Shown here: one piece after another, positions 57,652 through 61,217 of the stretch
Layout of the letters: the number at the start of each line of letters is the position of its first letter
Numbering within the stretch: the first letter of the stretch is position 1
IMG/VR virus record: IMGVR_UViG_3300036835_000105
Location: 1-61,217 of that record
Length of the DNA stretch: 61,217 bases
Strand: one strand, 5' to 3'
From: a virus
Taxonomy: Duplodnaviria; Caudoviricetes
Position numbers and translations under genes: made by a program
The notes under the pieces: model-generated
The model's database searches: none
Told to the model about the DNA's origin: nothing
The model's input: only the letters and a program-made list of their open reading frames with translations

Positions 57652-58600
57652 AAATAGCGGAGAGTACAGGATGCTTCCTGTAGACTCTATACACACTGAT
57701 GAAGTCACCGAGGTGAGGTCGCGTAAGGCGAATCCCGCCGCCGAGGCCAAGAAGGTCGCGGAGCTGGCCACGTCGATGGAGAGCGAGGGCCAGATCCAGC
57801 CCATTGTGGTGAGGCCGGACGGCGCTGCCGATGCCTGGAAGATCATCGCCGGGGCGCGTCGTTGCGCGGCTGGCCGGGTCATCCAGACCAAGACCGGCAA
57901 GCCCTACCTGATCAAGGCCATGATCGTCCAGAAGACGGACGCCGAGGCGCGTAAGGCCGCGATTCATGAGAACCTGCAACGCGAGAACTTCACCGCCCCC
58001 GAATTGGCGCGTTTGATTGCCGATATGCGGGAGCGCAATGGCTGGCAGAATGCGGCCAATTGGAGTGATCTGGTGGCTAAAGAACTCGGTGTTAGCCGCG
58101 CTACCGTCACTGAACACTACAAGCTGCTTCAGTTGAAGCCGGAACTGTTGAAGAAGGGCGAGTCGGGCCAGATGTCGGCTCAGTCCCTGCTGTTGACCGC
58201 TGGCGTGGCCGAAACCAGACAGGATGCGGTCATCAAACGCGCCGAGGAGCTGGCTGAGAAGGAGGAGAAGAAGGCCCCCAAATCCGACGCGAAGGCTAAG
58301 GGCGCGGAGGAGGAGAAGGGCAAGGTCAAACACAAGCACGTCCTCAAGGCGGCTCGTGAACAGGACGCGCTGAAGGATTACAAGCCCCGTAATCGCGGCG
58401 AAATCATGGCCTTCGCGGATGAGATCCTGGAGTCGGCTGATCCCTATCACCCCTTGATCCAGGACTATTTCAAGACCTTCCGCGACAAGTGGGCGACGGG
58501 CCGGGTCGGGGATCGCGGCCTTTTGAATAAGCTGGACGCCATCAATGAGGCTCTGGGCGAGAGCAAGTCCAAGTCCAAGAAGTCTGCCCCGGCGGCCTAA
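57626..58600 (+). CDS. parB: ParB/Spo0J/KorB-family CTPase DNA-binding protein
   Basis: ELATSMESEGQIQPIVV, IIAGARRCAA (GxRR box), ENLQRENF, HTH VAKELGVSRATVTEHYKLL. Confidence 0.88.
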   Translation: MPKATLEFENSGEYRMLPVDSIHTDEVTEVRSRKANPAAEAKKVAELATSMESEGQIQPIVVRPDGAADAWKIIAGARRCAAGRVIQTKTGKPYLIKAMIVQKTDAEARKAAIHENLQRENFTAPELARLIADMRERNGWQNAANWSDLVAKELGVSRATVTEHYKLLQLKPELLKKGESGQMSAQSLLLTAGVAETRQDAVIKRAEELAEKEEKKAPKSDAKAKGAEEEKGKVKHKHVLKAAREQDALKDYKPRNRGEIMAFADEILESADPYHPLIQDYFKTFRDKWATGRVGDRGLLNKLDAINEALGESKSKSKKSAPAA

Positions 58601-58703
58601 CCTGTGCTATACTGCGTGGCTAGTTCAGGCATTTTGTTCTACAGTCTAGCCACGCTTTCTTCTCCCTCGTCTGGAAGCGTACTCTGTTTTGCATTGGTCT
58701 TCG

Positions 58704-58736
58704 GCGGGATGAGTTGACGCTCATCCCGCTCTTTTT
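58704..58736 (+). terminator. Intrinsic terminator
   Basis: GCGGGATGAG-ttgacg-CTCATCCCGC then TCTTTTT. Confidence 0.7.
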
Positions 58737-58830
58737 CGGCCTGACGAGTATTTCACCCCGCCCTCTTCCTTTCCACTCCTTCCTGATATATCGTCTTAGC
58801 TAGTTTCATTTGTTCCTTTCAATTTTGTGA

Positions 58831-58875
58831 ACGCAGACGGCAGTTATTGCTTTAGCCGCTGTCTGCGTACTTTTT
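58831..58875 (+). terminator. Intrinsic terminator
   Basis: ACGCAGACGGC...GCTGTCTGCGT then ACTTTTT. Confidence 0.65.
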
Positions 58876-58888
58876 CGTTGCTGACGAT

Positions 58889-60088
58889 ATGAACCATAGC
58901 CGTAAAGCGCCTTTTACCCGTTCGCCTCTGGCCTTCAGCCATGCGCCGATCCATGTCCTGGCCTCGACCCTCCAGGACTTCCTCCACTTCCCGGACCCCT
59001 ACCCGCTTTACGCCGTCATGGCCGCCCTGGTTGCGAACATCGCCGCCGGACGCCCGGTCTGGCTGCTTTTGGTCGGCCCTCCCTCCTGCGGCAAGACGGA
59101 GCTTTTGTCGTCGCTGTTGGGCCTTCCGAACGTCATCCCAGGCGGATCGATCACCGGACCCGGCGCGTTGCTTTCCGGCTCGCGCAAACGCGAAAGAACG
59201 GCATCCTCGACCGGCGGCCTTCTGCGCGAGATCGGCTTACGAGGCGCACTGGTGATCAAAGAATTCACCTCCATCCTCTCCCTCCCCGGCGACACGTTAC
59301 GCCAGATCCTGGCCGCGTTCCGCGAGGTGTACGACGGCCAATACACCCGCAGCGTGGGCACCGATGGCGGCTCCGATCTCCACTGGGCCGGTAAGGCCGC
59401 CATCCTCACCGGCTCGACCGAAGCCATCGACCACCACCACCAGCTGGTGGCCGATATGGGGGAGCGCTTCGTCTTCTACCGCTACGAATCGTCAGACGGC
59501 TGGTCGGAAGCCTATAAAGCCCTCTCCGTCGATGACCCTGAACAGCTCTCCCCTATCCTCCAGGCTCATGTCTCGGCCTTCTTCAACGACCTGGACCTCT
59601 CCTGGGAAGACCCTCCCGTCCTCCCCGAGCTGGACCCTCGCGACCGCCAGCGCATCATCGCCTTCTCCCAGTTCGCGGCGCGTGGCCGCTCTGCCGTGAT
59701 CCGCGACGACTACAGCCACGAGGTCATCCAAGCCTCGTCGGGGGAATACCCCGTCCGTCTGGCCTTGGCCCTCTCCCAGCTTCTCCGCGCACTGCGCTTC
59801 ATTGGCGTGGACGACGCCGACTCCTGGCGCATCGTCCGCAAACTGGCCTTCGATTCCCTCCCTGGCCCCCGCCGCCTCACGCTGCTGGCCCTCTTATCCG
59901 GCCAGCGCCACACCCCAGCCATTGCCGCCCAGGTCCGTGTCTCCCAATCGACCGTCCGCCGCGCCCTGGAAGAACTCTCCATCCACTCCCTCGTCACCAA
60001 GCAAGCCGAAGCGACCTGGGAGGTCTCGGACTGGGCCAAGGACCGCCTGTCCGAAGCCCTGAACGGCACCGGCATCCAGCGCGAGTAG
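58889..60088 (+). CDS. AAA+ (MCM-like) ATPase with C-terminal winged HTH; putative replicative helicase
   Basis: GPPSCGKT, LVIKEFTSIL, FREVYDG, MGERF; HTH IAAQVRVSQSTVRRALEEL. Confidence 0.8.
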   Translation: MNHSRKAPFTRSPLAFSHAPIHVLASTLQDFLHFPDPYPLYAVMAALVANIAAGRPVWLLLVGPPSCGKTELLSSLLGLPNVIPGGSITGPGALLSGSRKRERTASSTGGLLREIGLRGALVIKEFTSILSLPGDTLRQILAAFREVYDGQYTRSVGTDGGSDLHWAGKAAILTGSTEAIDHHHQLVADMGERFVFYRYESSDGWSEAYKALSVDDPEQLSPILQAHVSAFFNDLDLSWEDPPVLPELDPRDRQRIIAFSQFAARGRSAVIRDDYSHEVIQASSGEYPVRLALALSQLLRALRFIGVDDADSWRIVRKLAFDSLPGPRRLTLLALLSGQRHTPAIAAQVRVSQSTVRRALEELSIHSLVTKQAEATWEVSDWAKDRLSEALNGTGIQRE

Positions 60089-60171
60089 ATCCCGGCGCGA
60101 CTAAATTACGCGCAGCCTTGCCTTCTTTTCCTACTTCCTGGTGAACTTACATGGAAAGGAGTTTTACCCGA

Positions 60172-60726
60172 ATGGAAAGTTTCTTGGCCTGGATTATGCC
60201 GATCTCGACCGGCGGCCATCCTGAGCATCCCATCGTTCTTCCACCCCAGCAACCACCCGGCATCTGGCCCTCACCCGGCTATCCTAGCCACCCGATCTAC
60301 ATACCACCCACCGGCATCTGGCCCAGTCCCGGTTATCCGGCGCATCCCATCTATAACCCGCCGGGTATCTGGCCGTCTCCCGGTTATCCGGCCCATCCCA
60401 TCGTTCTGCCACCGGAACAGGGCGGCCCGCCTCCGGGTATTTGGCCTTCACCCGGCTTCCCCAGTCACCCTATCGCCCCCGGTGGACCCCCGCCCTCCAT
60501 TTGGCCCTCACCGGGCTTTCCCGCGCACCCGATAGCCCCTGGCGGCCCTGAAGGTGGCGGCGGCGGCGGCACGGTAGAGAACCCCGTCAACCGTCCTCCC
60601 GGCGACAGTCCGTACTGGTCGCAGGTGTACATCCCGTATGTGGGGTGGGTATGGGCACTGGTTCCGCCAAGCTCGGTGGACAAGCCGCAAGTCAACCCGC
60701 TCAAGGGCGACGAGGGAAAAGACTAA
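60172..60726 (+). CDS. Proline-rich repeat protein
   Basis: Five IWPSPG(Y/F)P(S/A)HPI repeats; AAGGAG SD. Confidence 0.8.
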   Translation: MESFLAWIMPISTGGHPEHPIVLPPQQPPGIWPSPGYPSHPIYIPPTGIWPSPGYPAHPIYNPPGIWPSPGYPAHPIVLPPEQGGPPPGIWPSPGFPSHPIAPGGPPPSIWPSPGFPAHPIAPGGPEGGGGGGTVENPVNRPPGDSPYWSQVYIPYVGWVWALVPPSSVDKPQVNPLKGDEGKD

Positions 60727-60850
60727 GGGGTTGGGTCGTCGTTATAGCGGTCCTCGCCGTCATGGGCCTGATCCTGTTTGTGGTTCTCAGGGGGTGAGCC
60801 GGTCGGCTCATCCCTTTTTCACGTAATTCCTCGTTATCGGAAATCGCTTT

Positions 60851-61099
60851 CTATTCAGCGGTTTGCGTGTCGGTAGTTTTGCGAGAGGGCAATTGCGGTT
60901 CCAGAATTCCGGCTTGTTCCAGTGCTTCGCGTAACCGTCCGTAGACCTGTACCGCTCCTTCGACACACTTCAGGTCATGCAGGCCCTTTTCGACGTACAG
61001 GTCCAATGTCTCTTTGGCTCCGCGACCAACGAGGAAATACAGCAGACGCCAATCGGCGTCCGTCAACGCAATGCTAATGTTTTCCGGTGTCAGGGGCAT
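60851..61099 (-). CDS. Hypothetical protein
   Basis: GAGG SD; continues the left-arm operon across the circular junction. Confidence 0.6.
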   Translation of the reverse strand: MPLTPENISIALTDADWRLLYFLVGRGAKETLDLYVEKGLHDLKCVEGAVQVYGRLREALEQAGILEPQLPSRKTTDTQTAE

Positions 61100-61217
61100 T
61101 TCCTCAATCCTTATCTCTCTTCAGGTCGCACCACACCATAAAGGCCAGCACCAGAAGCGGCATGATCATAACCATCGCCTCCGGCCAGTTCATGGGCGGG
61201 TCAGGGGGCATTTCTCA
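61091..61217. repeat. Terminal overlap, identical to 1-127
   Basis: Direct sequence comparison. Confidence 0.95.

Larger units (their letters stand above)
740..57691. repeat. Dispersed 13-bp palindrome TGTAGA(C/G)TCTACA, putative protein-binding sites
   Basis: Perfect copies start at 740, 2537, 4166, 5287, 8786, 11781, 16758, 18854, 27797, 32510, 34220, 37299, 38709, 41920, 45165, 48005, 49972, 52231, 53620, 55273. Near-perfect copies at 7207, 40881, 44613, 57154, 57679. Confidence 0.95.
1..61217. mobile_element. Complete temperate Caudoviricetes phage genome
   Basis: Terminase, portal, capsid, tail genes, integrase with intact attP, circular overlap, no host housekeeping genes. Confidence 0.95.

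Noticed and set aside
740-57691. Palindrome copies as a CRISPR array, IS ends or a protein repeat
   Set aside because: 13 bp only, kilobases apart, no spacers, transposase or target duplications, and read in different frames
740-57691. Palindrome explained only as a restriction/methylation site (contains GANTC and GTMKAC)
   Set aside because: Conservation extends over 13 bp, well beyond those 5-6 bp words, and no methyltransferase gene was recognised; methylation sensitivity of binding remains untested

Overview
The window is a complete, circularly assembled genome (~61,090 bp; 1-127 repeats at 61091-61217) of a temperate tailed phage, probably podovirus-like; a soil host such as Acidobacteria is only an inference. 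Left arm (minus strand): split family-A DNA polymerase (UDG+3'-5' exonuclease and polymerase in separate genes), ERCC4 nuclease, tyrosine integrase and excisionase with attP in a tRNA-Leu(CAA) 3' half, a Sak4-like ATPase/PD-(D/E)xK nuclease/SSB-like module and a DinG-like helicase. Then a ~33 kb minus-strand virion module: terminase, portal, scaffold, capsid, adaptors, tail fibres and ejection proteins, one carrying kinase and ADP-ribosyltransferase domains. Right arm (plus strand): small early genes, a second tyrosine recombinase, an XRE HTH, a ParB-type CTPase and an AAA+ ATPase with a degenerate paralog. The strongest unexplained signal is a 13-bp palindrome, TGTAGA(C/G)TCTACA, found by eye in 20 perfect and 5 near-perfect copies genome-wide, both inside genes (all three frames) and at gene starts. 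Its architecture resembles the KorB/OB system of IncP-1 plasmids, and the phage ParB is the candidate binder.
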